64,000 bases of DNA from Candidatus Kaiserbacteria bacterium (GCA_023264445.1 JAHFMN010000001.1:177878-241877), one strand, 5' to 3'; positions 26,148 through 36,229 are shown, numbered from the stretch's first letter. Made by a program: numbers and translations. The notes: a model not told the origin generated them from the sequence alone.

Positions 26148-27448
26148 TGTTGCAGTAGAGCGTTTAAGGAACGCTCGGCGGAGGCGAGTGCGGTTTCAAG
26201 CGAGGAGCGACCACTTATCACATCCCCAATCATACCCGAGAAGACAGCGTCCGTAGCCGCAGGCGCTGGGGACAGCCATCCGCGTGTGTAGAGTGCTTCA
26301 GCATATCCGATGGCTGCTATCGGATCGGCAGGAGTAGTAGCAAGTTCTGCGAGAGCTGCTGGTGCGAGTCCGGTTGAAGCCGCAACAGCTGCTTGTGCAG
26401 CTTGGTTTGCAAGCAGTATCGCCGCTTGGTACGCACCGGGGGCATTCTTCGCCCCGCGCGGCATCATAAATGCATACATGAGGCCGTAGGCGCTTTTTAT
26501 ACTTGCTGTTGCCGGCTGCGGCAGGAATGCGACATCGAAATTAAGATTTGGATTCGCAGCGTGCAGGAAGCGCGCTTCAGAAATATATCCGAGGTAGAGC
26601 GCCAAGTCTCCTGCAAGGAATGCCTGCTGCGAATTAGGGAGCGATGCATTCCAGGTGTACGAGACTTTTGAAGGGTCGGTGAACTGCGTGTAGAAGCCGA
26701 CTACGGGCGGTCCGTGAGGCAGGCCGCTCGTCTGTGCCGTTACGCCGAGACTTGCCGAGAGGACACCACTTGCCGCATATGAAGAGAGAGGGACTCCCTG
26801 CTGCAGAAAGAGCGCAGAGAGTATTCCGCGCGCATTGTGGACATTGTCATAGGTGCCAAGTGCAATCAGACCGCGCGTCACTTGCCGCGTCGGGGTGAGC
26901 TCCGCAATTTTCGGGACGAGGCCGACCAGCGCTTCCCAGGTCGTGGGCGGCTGCGCTATGCCGCTACTTGAAAGAATGGAGCGGTTAGAAAAGAGCACAA
27001 GCGGGTCGACGAGAAACGGCACGCCGTAGTAGCCGCCCGGCGCGGTGAAGATGCTGCCCCCTTCGAGGAAGGCGCTTGTAAAGGTGCGCACGGGGAGCGT
27101 TGAGAGATCGATAGGCGTGATGAATTTCGCAAGCGTGCGCAGTTGTTCCTGCGAAGCGAGGACGAGGTCGGGCGCATTACCGGTAGCAATGGCGGCGGCG
27201 AGATCTGACGGAAGCGATGACGGATCCTTCTGTACATACGAGACCGACTTGAGCGATTGGTCAGCGCGTGTAGCGGCTGCGAGAGCCGATTCCATTCCTG
27301 CTTTCGGCAGAGTCCCCCAGATGACGACGGTTCCTACGGCATTTGCATTGCCATTGTTACTCGTATAGGTGGCGAAGACGAAGAGACCGACGAGCGCGGC
27401 GAGACCGAATATGCCGAATAGGATGCCTTGGAAAAGAGAAATTTTCAT
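26144..27448 (-). CDS. Extracellular solute-binding protein (sugar ABC-type)
   Basis: TM anchor; G.APDL, YGVP..D.LVLF.N and PPTTWE motifs. Confidence 0.75.
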   Translation of the reverse strand: MKISLFQGILFGIFGLAALVGLFVFATYTSNNGNANAVGTVVIWGTLPKAGMESALAAATRADQSLKSVSYVQKDPSSLPSDLAAAIATGNAPDLVLASQEQLRTLAKFITPIDLSTLPVRTFTSAFLEGGSIFTAPGGYYGVPFLVDPLVLFSNRSILSSSGIAQPPTTWEALVGLVPKIAELTPTRQVTRGLIALGTYDNVHNARGILSALFLQQGVPLSSYAASGVLSASLGVTAQTSGLPHGPPVVGFYTQFTDPSKVSYTWNASLPNSQQAFLAGDLALYLGYISEARFLHAANPNLNFDVAFLPQPATASIKSAYGLMYAFMMPRGAKNAPGAYQAAILLANQAAQAAVAASTGLAPAALAELATTPADPIAAIGYAEALYTRGWLSPAPAATDAVFSGMIGDVISGRSSLETALASAERSLNALLQQ

Positions 27449-27981
27449 GGCGCTGTAAATATAATACCGTAGTGATGCGCTCCCGCTCTAAATGATTTCG
27501 TCTTGTGGAAGCCCCCGCCGATGAAGAAATCCTCGGCCTCATGCTCGGTAATGACCTGCTCGGGTACCGGACCCATGCCGCCATAGCTGCCGGCCCAGTC
27601 CACGAGCATGAGCTTGCCGCCCGGCTTCAGGACCCGCTTAATCTCCGCGAGAAGCCCGGCACGATTCTCTACCTGAAAGAGTGTGTTTGCGAGGATAACG
27701 GCATCGAGTGATTGGTCGCGCAGGTGCGTGCCGCCCGGCTTCTCGATATCCCCCCAGACCGTATTGATAATGTTCTGGTGGTGCTGGTGCGCATTCAACT
27801 TCAGATGCTTGAGCACGTCTTCCTGGATATCAACGGCATACACTTTTCCACCGTGTCCGATGATGGGTGCTATGGCGCGCGCGTAGTGGCCTGAACCTGC
27901 ACCGAAATCACCGACCTTCATGCCGTCCCGCAGACCAAGCTGAAGGACGTTCTCTTTTGGAGAACTAAACGTAGCGCTCAT
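27445..27981 (-). CDS. Class I SAM-dependent methyltransferase
   Basis: DFGAGSG, VYAVDI and RVLKPGG motifs; start MSATFSSP. Confidence 0.85.
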   Translation of the reverse strand: MSATFSSPKENVLQLGLRDGMKVGDFGAGSGHYARAIAPIIGHGGKVYAVDIQEDVLKHLKLNAHQHHQNIINTVWGDIEKPGGTHLRDQSLDAVILANTLFQVENRAGLLAEIKRVLKPGGKLMLVDWAGSYGGMGPVPEQVITEHEAEDFFIGGGFHKTKSFRAGAHHYGIIFTAP

Positions 27982-28069
27982 ATGTATAAAATAGCACGCG
28001 CCCTCTTCCGAGGGCGCGCAATTAACATATGAAAATGATTCAGGCCGCTCCTCCGGGCGGCCTGTGTGC

Positions 28070-28336
28070 TTAGTGCACCATCTTACTTCGTGACACGCTT
28101 GGCTGACTGGTCTGGCTGCGCATGCTCCACCGAATGTGCGCTTTCTTCTCGAGAGCCACCGCAGCTGCCTCCTCGGGCGTGTGCCCGTACGCAAAGGTAT
28201 CCATCGTCTGCCCCGTGTGCAGACGATCCAGCGAGCCGGTGCCGGGTGTCACAACCCGAACCAGATACGGCATCGGACAGTTCGGGGAGTGTTCAATCAT
28301 ATACGTTTCCCCTGCGAGCATTTCGAAGGCGTTCAT
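28070..28336 (-). CDS. Small hypothetical protein
   Basis: 88-aa ORF with AAGGGAG SD and a hairpin at about 27996-28019 downstream. Confidence 0.5.
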   Translation of the reverse strand: MNAFEMLAGETYMIEHSPNCPMPYLVRVVTPGTGSLDRLHTGQTMDTFAYGHTPEEAAAVALEKKAHIRWSMRSQTSQPSVSRSKMVH

Positions 28337-28403
28337 GCGGTTCTCCCTTGGGAAAGTTCGGACCGTCTAGATAATACTTCCTAGGTTAGGGTTAGACAAT
28401 GCT

Positions 28404-30881
28404 CTATAACGCAACCATCGAGGCGATAGAATCGCCCTCGCGCATCTTCATGATGCGCACGCCCTGGGTCGCGCGCGAGATTGAAGGGATTTCTGCGACG
28501 CTCGTGCGTATCACCTGCCCTTTCTTGGAGACGACGACAAGCTCTTCATCTTCAAGATTACCGGAAACCACTTTCGCACCGATGATTTCTCCCGTCTTCG
28601 CCGTCACTTCCGCAGTCTTGATACCGGAACCGCCACGACCCTGGATTTTGTATTCAGAAAGTTTAGTACGCTTGCCGTAGCCCTTGCTCATGATAACCAG
28701 AAGTGATGCATCTTTTGCCGCCGCCGGAATCACTTCCGCTGAGACCACTTTGTCACCTTTCTTCACGCTCATGCCGCGCACGCCGCCAGCGGTGCGGCCC
28801 ATCTCGCGCACATCTCCCGCCTCGAAACGAATGCTCTGCCCTTTTGCGGTTACTACCGAGACCGTGTCATCTCTACCCGCAAGATTCGCAGAGACCAGTG
28901 TGTCGCCCTTCTTGAGGTTGATGGCGATGATGCCGGAGCGGCGTACGTCTGCAAAACTCTTTGCCGCCACGCGCTTTGCGGCACCCTCTCGCGTCACGAA
29001 GACGATGGATGACGCTTCAAGCGCCGCGCCCTTAGGCACAGCAAGCACGCCGGTCACCGACTCCTCGCCGGCGAGCGGGAGGAAATTCATGATGGACTTG
29101 CCCTTGGTCGCGCGCTTCCCCTCCGGAATGTCATACATCTTTATCTGATATGCCTTGCCGAAGTTGGTGAAGAATAGGAGGTCGCTGTGTGCCGAGGCGA
29201 CAAGGAAGTGCGTCACGACATCTTCTTCCTTCGTCGCGATGTCGACGACGCCGACGCCGCCGCGCTTCTGCCGGCGATACTCGCTCGGATTCGTACGCTT
29301 CACGTACCCGCCTTGGGTCAGCACGAGCATGGACTCTTCGTCCGGCACGAGATCCTCCGCAGAAATATTCTGCACGCCACCCTTCACGATTTTCGTGCGC
29401 CGATCATCGCCGTATTTCTCCGCAAGTTCCTCAAGCTCTCTCTTTACCACTGCGAGAATCTTCTTCGCGGAAGAGAGAATGTCCTTCAGTTTTGCGATAA
29501 GCGCCTGCACTTCGGTAAGCTCGTCCTCTATCTTCTTGCGCTCAAGCCCGGCGAGCTTGGAAAGGCGCATTTCGAGAATCGCCGCCGCCTGGAGTTCTGA
29601 AAAGCCAAATTTCTTCTGGAGTGCGAGCGATGCGGCGGGGACATCCGCCGCCTTCTTGATAATCGCGATGACTTCATCGATGTGATCGAGTGCTTTGGAA
29701 AGCCCAAGAAGAATATGCTCGCGTGCTTCTGCTTGTCGGAGATCAAATTCGGTGCGGCGCTTTACCACCACCTGACGATGCGTAAGGAAATGACCGAGCA
29801 TGCCCGAGAGTGACAGCATCTCAGGGACGCCATCGACGAGTGCAAGCATGTTGTAGTGAAACGTGCTCTCGAGCGACGTGTGTTTATAGAGCGCATTCAA
29901 AACGGCCTGCGGATGCGCAGTACCTTTCAGTTCAACCACGATGCGGATGTCGCCGCCGGCCGATTCGTCGCGCAAGTCGCGGATACCTTCGAGCTTTTTC
30001 TCGCCGACGAGTTCGGCCATGCGAATGATGAGTTCGCTTTTATTGACGCGATAAGGAATGGAACTGATGATGATGCTCGTATCTTTCTTGCCGTCGTCAA
30101 TGATTTCCGCTTCCCCACGCACCACGACAGGGCCTTTGCCGGTGCTGTAGGCATGCCGGATGTCGGTTTGATTGAAAGCGACGCCGCCGAGTGGGAAATC
30201 AGGACCCTTGATGTGCTGCAGGAGGTCTTCCGTCGTTGCGTCCGGATTCTCGATGAGATGCACGGTCGCCGCGACTACCTCGCGGAGATTGTGTGGCGGG
30301 ATTTCGGTCGCCATACCGACCGCGATGCCAAATGTCCCGTTCAAAAGCAAGTTCGGCAATGCCGAGGGGAGCACACTCGGCTCTTCGCGCGTCGCGTCGT
30401 AGTTGGGATTCCATGCAACAGTCTCTTTCTCAAGATCAGCAAGGAGCGCCTCAGCGATACGCGAGAGCTTCGCTTCGGTGTAGCGCATCGCCGCCGGAGA
30501 ATCGCCATCAATAGAACCGAAGTTGCCCTGTCCGAGCACGAGCGGGTAGCGGTGAGAGAAATCCTGCGCCATCTTCGTCATCGAGTCGTAGACGGCAGAG
30601 TCGCCGTGCGGGTGGTACTTACCGAGCACGTCGCCGACCACGAGCGCACTCTTGCGGAATTTCGCGCCCGGCAGAAGTCCGAGCTCTTTCATCGCATAGA
30701 GGATGCGGCGATGCACCGGCTTCAATCCATCGCGCACGTCCGGCAGAGCACGCCCGGTGATGACCGACATCGCGTAGTCCACATACGACGTGCGCATCTC
30801 GCTCACGATCGATTGACTGATGACGTTTGCAGCAACGGGAGCTACTCCATCCTTATTCATGTCTTCTTTCCCGCGCGCCAT
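28404..30881 (-). CDS. gyrA: DNA gyrase subunit A
   Basis: [25 protein letters not shown] and GyrA-box QKRGGVG. Confidence 0.97.
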   Translation of the reverse strand: MARGKEDMNKDGVAPVAANVISQSIVSEMRTSYVDYAMSVITGRALPDVRDGLKPVHRRILYAMKELGLLPGAKFRKSALVVGDVLGKYHPHGDSAVYDSMTKMAQDFSHRYPLVLGQGNFGSIDGDSPAAMRYTEAKLSRIAEALLADLEKETVAWNPNYDATREEPSVLPSALPNLLLNGTFGIAVGMATEIPPHNLREVVAATVHLIENPDATTEDLLQHIKGPDFPLGGVAFNQTDIRHAYSTGKGPVVVRGEAEIIDDGKKDTSIIISSIPYRVNKSELIIRMAELVGEKKLEGIRDLRDESAGGDIRIVVELKGTAHPQAVLNALYKHTSLESTFHYNMLALVDGVPEMLSLSGMLGHFLTHRQVVVKRRTEFDLRQAEAREHILLGLSKALDHIDEVIAIIKKAADVPAASLALQKKFGFSELQAAAILEMRLSKLAGLERKKIEDELTEVQALIAKLKDILSSAKKILAVVKRELEELAEKYGDDRRTKIVKGGVQNISAEDLVPDEESMLVLTQGGYVKRTNPSEYRRQKRGGVGVVDIATKEEDVVTHFLVASAHSDLLFFTNFGKAYQIKMYDIPEGKRATKGKSIMNFLPLAGEESVTGVLAVPKGAALEASSIVFVTREGAAKRVAAKSFADVRRSGIIAINLKKGDTLVSANLAGRDDTVSVVTAKGQSIRFEAGDVREMGRTAGGVRGMSVKKGDKVVSAEVIPAAAKDASLLVIMSKGYGKRTKLSEYKIQGRGGSGIKTAEVTAKTGEIIGAKVVSGNLEDEELVVVSKKGQVIRTSVAEIPSISRATQGVRIMKMREGDSIASMVAL

Positions 30882-30899
30882 GATAATTCGATGAACCTA

Positions 30900-31247
30900 T
30901 TAAAAAGGTATCGTCGTCTGCTCCGCTTGCTTCTTCACTGATGGAGATGCGGCGTCGATAATTTCGATGTGCGCAGGCGTATTTACAGACTCTGGGAGCG
31001 CGGAAGCGGCGCCCACACCTGCAAGATTCTGGTTCCCGGGCTCCCCCGCCACCGCGCTCGGTTCCTGCCCCGTTGCTCCGGCAAATGAAGATTCCTGGAT
31101 GGAGAACACGCCCGTACTTAAAGAACCCGCGAGCCATACAAGCGCGATGAATGCTGCGCCGACAGTCGCTGAAGCAAACGCAACTTGCTTGCGGATGTGA
31201 TGCGGCTTCCCCTTCACGAGCTCAATGTGATCAAAAATAGTTTTCAT
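30900..31247 (-). CDS. Hypothetical single-TM protein
   Basis: 115-aa ORF in the operon with gyrA. Confidence 0.6.
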   Translation of the reverse strand: MKTIFDHIELVKGKPHHIRKQVAFASATVGAAFIALVWLAGSLSTGVFSIQESSFAGATGQEPSAVAGEPGNQNLAGVGAASALPESVNTPAHIEIIDAASPSVKKQAEQTTIPF

Positions 31248-31253
31248 GGCCGA

Positions 31254-31895
31254 TTAGGGTGTTACCACCAGTATACTTCCATCCAGCCCGGCCAAATCCT
31301 TTTTCTTCAGGGTGAGCTTGTCTACTTTCTGGCTCCCGTTCCCCGCCTCTTTCAGGAAGGCATCGAGCGCTTTCGGCTCTCCTATGCCGCTCCAGTGCAT
31401 CGGGACGATGATTTTTGGCTCAAGCGACACTGCAAGCTCATGCGCTTTTGCAGGAGAGAGCACTCCATCGCCGCCGATCGGCACAAAAAGCACATCTATC
31501 TCATCAATACTTTCGCGGGCCTCTTTGGAAAGTTCAGCATCGGCAAGCGCGCCCAGATGCACGAGTGTCATGTCCTCCAGTTCTACGCTGTAGATGGTAT
31601 TGACGGCCTCGGTCTCGCCTTTTCCAAGGCCGTATTTGCTTTTTGAAAGGAATCCTTGAATGACGACACCCTGCCGCTCGTATTCGCCGGGGCCGGTAAT
31701 CGCGAACGGTTTCTTCTCGCCGTAGCTCACCTCTTCAATACCGTTCATGTCTGGGTGGTCGCGCGAGACAAGCGCGATGTCCGTGCCGAAACGGACAGCA
31801 GGGAGCGAAGCGCCCTTGGCTATGGGATCAAAGACGAGCGTGAGGTCGCCAAACGTCACCTTAAAACACTGCCCGCCGTGGTGGGTTATGACCAT
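31254..31895 (-). CDS. Metallo-beta-lactamase-fold protein with degenerate metal motif
   Basis: DP, GPGEYE, HLG, DVLFVPIGG and IVPMHW motifs; SRDHPDM replaces the HxHxDH motif. Confidence 0.75.
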   Translation of the reverse strand: MVITHHGGQCFKVTFGDLTLVFDPIAKGASLPAVRFGTDIALVSRDHPDMNGIEEVSYGEKKPFAITGPGEYERQGVVIQGFLSKSKYGLGKGETEAVNTIYSVELEDMTLVHLGALADAELSKEARESIDEIDVLFVPIGGDGVLSPAKAHELAVSLEPKIIVPMHWSGIGEPKALDAFLKEAGNGSQKVDKLTLKKKDLAGLDGSILVVTP

Positions 31896-31976
31896 ATAAT
31901 TGCCCCTATTTTAGCATAAAACTCGCGTGTATGAAAGCGCCTTTTGATCTTCTTTTATAAGACCATTTGGGGGCTA

Positions 31977-32004
31977 TTGACAATAGACGAGGTGGGTGTA
32001 TAAT
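31977..32004 (+). promoter_or_regulatory. Consensus sigma70 promoter
   Basis: TTGACA-N16-TATAAT. Confidence 0.7.
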
Positions 32005-32078
32005 GTCTAGCAGACGTTTCGAGGAACATTTCGAAAACTTTGGGCTCGTCTCCCGCAAATTAAAAAGGAGAAAGTCTC

Positions 32079-32210
32079 ATGCACGGACCTTCGATGACGA
32101 ATCAACTGAGCGCAACGCGCAATACCTTTATGGACATCCAGGGCGACAAGGACGCGATCGACAACGCGCTCGGCCACGGCGGCCGCGCGGTCAAGACCGG
32201 CGCCGGCTGA
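32079..32210 (+). CDS. 43-aa small protein
   Basis: MHGPSMTNQLSATRNTFMDIQGDKDAIDNALGHGGRAVKTGAG; AAGGAG SD; own promoter and terminator. Confidence 0.55.
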   Translation: MHGPSMTNQLSATRNTFMDIQGDKDAIDNALGHGGRAVKTGAG

Positions 32211-32274
32211 CCATCGCCGGGCGGCGCGGGGCTGACAACGCAATACGGCAACACTGCCAGCCCTAACCAAGAAC

Positions 32275-32309
32275 GCGGCCATCCTACGGGATGGCCGCTT
32301 TTCCTTTTG
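32275..32309 (+). terminator. Rho-independent terminator
   Basis: GCGGCCATCC-TACG-GGATGGCCGC-TTTT. Confidence 0.8.
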
Positions 32310-32359
32310 TGCACAAGACTTGCGAAACGCAGTTGAGCCGAAAAATAACTCTGATACAG

Positions 32360-32523
32360 TCAAATGTGGATGCCCCCTTACCAAGGATCGGCGTCCACCG
32401 CTATACCTTCTAACAAGGAGGTGTCGATGAAACGCGAGCGACAGCCGGGGCAGGCGAAGAGCGCCTGAATCCCGAGCCATCAGATCTTCCCTCTTCAAGG
32501 GGTCCGTGAGGACCCCTTTTTTT
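32360..32523 (+). ncRNA. Candidate structured small RNA
   Basis: TGATACAGT -10-like box, three hairpins, and terminator AAGGGGTCC-GTGA-GGACCCCTTTTTTT. Confidence 0.35.
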
Positions 32524-32651
32524 ATTCTATTGAGAATCAACCTCTCCTATGCTATAGTCCCCACATCGCGTGCAGGAAAAGTAGATACTGGCTAACCCTC
32601 GGCGCTGCAAGGCACGAGTACCAGCTTCGAAAATCCGCACCGCTTTAATAC

Positions 32652-33770
32652 ATGTCTGAAGAGAAGAAGGCCGCTGTGCCTACTCCGACTATTCATTTGC
32701 CCGAAGGCCACCCGATGGCTGGCCTTGTTGATTCCATCCCGACTCCGCCATCCTCGGGCGACCTCGTCGAGGGCACTATCATCGCGATGAATCGCGGCCG
32801 CGTTTACATCGACCTGCCGCCGTTCGGTACCGGCCTTATTTATGGCCGCGAATATCTAAACGCCGCCGACGTCTTGCGCAAGGCGAATCCGGGGGACGTT
32901 ATCAGTGCAAAGGTCGTGGATCCTGCTGGGCGCGATGGCTACATCGAGCTCTCCCTGAAGGAAGCACGCCAAGCGGCTATCTGGGGCGAGGCGGAAACGG
33001 CGATTCTTTCGCAGACGGCATACTCGCTCACGGTGGAAGAAGCGAACAAGGGCGGACTCATCCTCTCCTGGCAAGGCATCCAAGGATTCCTCCCCGCTTC
33101 ACAACTCTCCAAGGAGCACTACCCGCGCGTGCCGGAGGGCGATAAGGACAAGATTCTCGGTGAACTCATGCAGCTCGTCGGCAAGCCGCTTTCGGTGCGC
33201 ATCATCACTGCGGACGCAAAGGAAGGAAAGCTCATTTTCTCGGAACGCACTGAAAACGAGGCCGAAGAGAAGGCGTCTCTCATTGATAAGTATCAGGTCG
33301 GCGACATCGCGGAGGGAGAAGTGACCGGCGTCGTAGACTTCGGCGTCTTCGTGAAGCTTGAGCCGGGGCTTGAAGGCCTCGTGCACATCAGCGAGCTTGA
33401 TTGGGGTCTCGTGGAGGATCCGCACATGTTCTGCAATGTCGGCGACAAGGTCAGGGTCAAGGTCATTGAGATAAAGGATGGAAAGATCTCCCTCTCCATC
33501 AAGGCACTGAAAGAGAATCCGTGGCACACCGCCGCCGAACGCTACTCGAAGGGTATGGAAGTGCCGGGCGTCATCATCAAGTACAACAAGCACGGCGCGC
33601 TTGCATCTATTGAAGAAGGTGTCGCGGGCCTCGTGCACGTGAGCGAGTTTGAATCACCCGCACAACTGCGCGAGACGCTCGAGCTTGGTAAGACGTATCC
33701 CTTCACCATCGCTCTCTTTGAGCCGAAGGAGCAGCGCATGACGCTCACATACGCAGGAAAGAAGAAATAA
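32652..33770 (+). CDS. rpsA: 30S ribosomal protein S1 (four S1 domains)
   Basis: Repeated S1 motifs (GFLPASQL, FGVFV...EGLVHISEL). Confidence 0.9.
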   Translation: MSEEKKAAVPTPTIHLPEGHPMAGLVDSIPTPPSSGDLVEGTIIAMNRGRVYIDLPPFGTGLIYGREYLNAADVLRKANPGDVISAKVVDPAGRDGYIELSLKEARQAAIWGEAETAILSQTAYSLTVEEANKGGLILSWQGIQGFLPASQLSKEHYPRVPEGDKDKILGELMQLVGKPLSVRIITADAKEGKLIFSERTENEAEEKASLIDKYQVGDIAEGEVTGVVDFGVFVKLEPGLEGLVHISELDWGLVEDPHMFCNVGDKVRVKVIEIKDGKISLSIKALKENPWHTAAERYSKGMEVPGVIIKYNKHGALASIEEGVAGLVHVSEFESPAQLRETLELGKTYPFTIALFEPKEQRMTLTYAGKKK

Positions 33771-33778
33771 ACGCTCCG

Positions 33779-33920
33779 GTGAGTGCGATTTCGGAGTACG
33801 CGTCGGCCTCCCCTGCGGGAGGCCGCGCTCGCTCTCAGCTCGCAAATTTTCGCGCAGACCCTTACGGCGCAAAAATTGCCGTGCTGCTTCGCTTCCGAGA
33901 GCCTCCGAAATCGCACTCAC
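33779..33920 (-). repeat. Structured palindromic element, copy 2 (142 nt, 18-bp terminal inverted repeat)
   Basis: GTGAGTGCGATTTCGGAG ... CTCCGAAATCGCACTCAC; reverse complement aligns with 7536-7679. Confidence 0.85.
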
Positions 33921-33932
33921 ACTCCGCTAGGG

Positions 33933-33968
33933 GAAATGACGCGGCGCCTTCGGCGCCGCGTTTCTTTA
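33933..33968 (+). terminator. Probable rpsA terminator
   Basis: ACGCGGCGCC-TTC-GGCGCCGCGT-TTCTTT. Confidence 0.6.
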
Positions 33969-34030
33969 CATATTGGAAATAAAGATGTATGGTGAGCCCG
34001 GCGTTTTTGCCCTTTTGATGCGAGGTTACG

Positions 34031-34891
34031 ATGGACAGAGCTACAGAGCTCGAGCGGCGCAGACTGCTCGAAGAAGTACGAGGTTTCCTTTCGCCATCTT
34101 CTCCTGGTTTTAGCGGCGAAGAATCGCCGAAGCAGGCGATGGAGCTTTCCGTCGCGCTTGCGACGCGTCTGCTCGTCGATGCGGGGAAAGTCGGTGCGAT
34201 TGCGCTCCTCCGACAAGCGATCAACGACGCTCTCGCGAAGTGCGAGAAAGCGCGGCATCGCGACGTCTGGGAAAACGCGGACGCCGTGTGCTTCCAGGCG
34301 CTCTCGTTGTATCTGAAACTGGCCGATGAGAGCGGTCTCGGATGGCCCGAGCGGCAGGCGGTCATTCTTCCGCAGCTCATCGACATCTACTGGCGCTTGC
34401 CGGACAGGTTCGTGGGACAGCGGGAAGAAAAGACCAACTGCATGTCGTACCTGGAGAACGAGCTCTGCATGCAGAAGTCCAAGAAGCTCATCTTCTCGTG
34501 GGTGGTAGGACGCTGGACGCTCGACCTTCGCCCGTTTGAAGCGGCAAAGGGAAATATCGTCACGGCGTTTGCCTTCATCTGCGATGTGTTCAAGCAGGAA
34601 GAGCAGTCGTCAGGCCGAAAAACGACTCCGCGAAACATCAAGCTCCTCACGAGCCATTCATCCGGCCATGCATTGGTCAATGAGCGACGCAAGCTCATGC
34701 CGGAAGAAAAATCGCTCTACGTGCACATCCTAATGCAGCACTGCGAGCGGGCGAAGCCCGAACAGCTTCGGCCGTGGGTGAAGGACGATCTGCCGGTTGA
34801 AATCATCGAGCTCTTCCAGGGAGTACTCATCCGGACTGGAGATACATCCATCGCTCTGCAGCTCTTGAAGAGCATTCCGGTACCGGCCTAA
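34031..34891 (+). CDS. Hypothetical protein
   Basis: 286-aa ORF; GAGG SD; hairpin plus T-run at about 34909-34935. Confidence 0.65.
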   Translation: MDRATELERRRLLEEVRGFLSPSSPGFSGEESPKQAMELSVALATRLLVDAGKVGAIALLRQAINDALAKCEKARHRDVWENADAVCFQALSLYLKLADESGLGWPERQAVILPQLIDIYWRLPDRFVGQREEKTNCMSYLENELCMQKSKKLIFSWVVGRWTLDLRPFEAAKGNIVTAFAFICDVFKQEEQSSGRKTTPRNIKLLTSHSSGHALVNERRKLMPEEKSLYVHILMQHCERAKPEQLRPWVKDDLPVEIIELFQGVLIRTGDTSIALQLLKSIPVPA

Positions 34892-34956
34892 TCACAGGCC
34901 CACACCACAACCCCGCCCCCGCGGGGTGTTTTTTTACCTGGCAATCAAATTAAAAA

Positions 34957-35553
34957 TTAACGGGTATTTGCAAACTGGGTGGCAGATTCAATCCCTTCAG
35001 CGGCGAAGAGACGCGCCGCTTCGGCGGCTTTCTTCAATATTTTTTTTACCACTGCTTCTTCGCCCGGCTTCCATTTCCCTATCACGTGTTTAATCACTTT
35101 TTCTTCGCCTGATACTTTCTTCGCCTGATTCTTCTTCCCTGTTCCTGAAATGCCGATACGAATGCGTGCGAAGTCCTGTGTCTTTACCGTGCGCATGATG
35201 CTCTCTACTCCCTTGTGCCCGCCGCTTCCGCGACCGAACACCATCTTGAGCGTACCGAGCGGCAAATCGAGATCGTCGTGTATGACTAAAAGATTTTTTG
35301 CCGCCTTCGGGCTCTTCACAAATGCCGCGACTGCTTTCCCAGAAAGATTCATCATTGTCTCCGGCAGGACAAGCGTCGCATTTCCTCCGCCGACCGTGCC
35401 TTTGGCGACAAGCGCCTTCGCAGTTTTATTCAAAACGAACCCATCAACGCCTTCTTGCTTCGCAAGAAGCTCCACTGTGCTTCGTCCGGCATTGTGCCGC
35501 GTCTTTTCATATTCTTTTCCCGGGTTCCCGAGCCCGACGATGACGAGTGCCAT
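34957..35553 (-). CDS. pth: Peptidyl-tRNA hydrolase
   Basis: VGLGNPG..Y..TRHN, MNLSG, HDDLD and GGHKG motifs. Confidence 0.95.
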   Translation of the reverse strand: MALVIVGLGNPGKEYEKTRHNAGRSTVELLAKQEGVDGFVLNKTAKALVAKGTVGGGNATLVLPETMMNLSGKAVAAFVKSPKAAKNLLVIHDDLDLPLGTLKMVFGRGSGGHKGVESIMRTVKTQDFARIRIGISGTGKKNQAKKVSGEEKVIKHVIGKWKPGEEAVVKKILKKAAEAARLFAAEGIESATQFANTR

Positions 35554-35650
35554 GCGAAAAATACTACCATATGCCGCTCGCAGACTCGCGACACCTCCGG
35601 CAATTATGCCTCCGGCTTGCGTACTACAAACGAACGAGTACAATGCCTCC

Positions 35651-36229
35651 ATGTCTGACACTTGGAAAGGTCTGCTAAAAGATCTTTTCACGCTCGTGCT
35701 CCTTATCATCGTTGTCGTCATCCCCATCCGCGCCTTCATCGTCTCGCCGTTCATCGTGGATGGCGAATCCATGCATCCGACATTTGAGAATCTTGATTAT
35801 CTCATCGTCGACGAGATTCTCTACCGATTCAGCGCGCCCAAGCGCGGCGACGTCATCGTCTTCCGCTATCCGGGCGACCCTTCCATCTTCTTTATCAAGC
35901 GCATCATCGCACTCCCCGGAGAAACGGTCTTCATCAAAAGCGGTGTTGTCTCCGTCCTCACCGCCGACGGGCAACGACTGGCGCTTACCGAGCCCTACAT
36001 CGTGAACGAAGATGCGACCTATACCAAAAACGTCGTCTTGAATCCGGAAGAATATTTCGTCATGGGCGACAATCGGCCAAACTCTTCCGACAGCCGTGTC
36101 TGGGGACCGTTGCCGAAGAAAGACATCATCGGCCGCGTCGACCTGCGGCTCTTGCCGATCGCAAAGAGCGGATTCTTCCCCGGTGCTACACAGTATGCGA
36201 CGAGTACGACGTTCGCAATAGCATCATGA
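35651..36229 (+). CDS. lepB: Signal peptidase I
   Basis: GESMHPT, IKRIIALPGE and GDNRPNSSDSR motifs. Confidence 0.93.
   Translation: MSDTWKGLLKDLFTLVLLIIVVVIPIRAFIVSPFIVDGESMHPTFENLDYLIVDEILYRFSAPKRGDVIVFRYPGDPSIFFIKRIIALPGETVFIKSGVVSVLTADGQRLALTEPYIVNEDATYTKNVVLNPEEYFVMGDNRPNSSDSRVWGPLPKKDIIGRVDLRLLPIAKSGFFPGATQYATSTTFAIAS

Noticed and set aside
28399-30941. Long antisense ORFs over gyrA, clpB, ftsZ, valS and others
   Set aside because: Typical shadow frames of GC-rich coding sequence with no motifs or expression signals.
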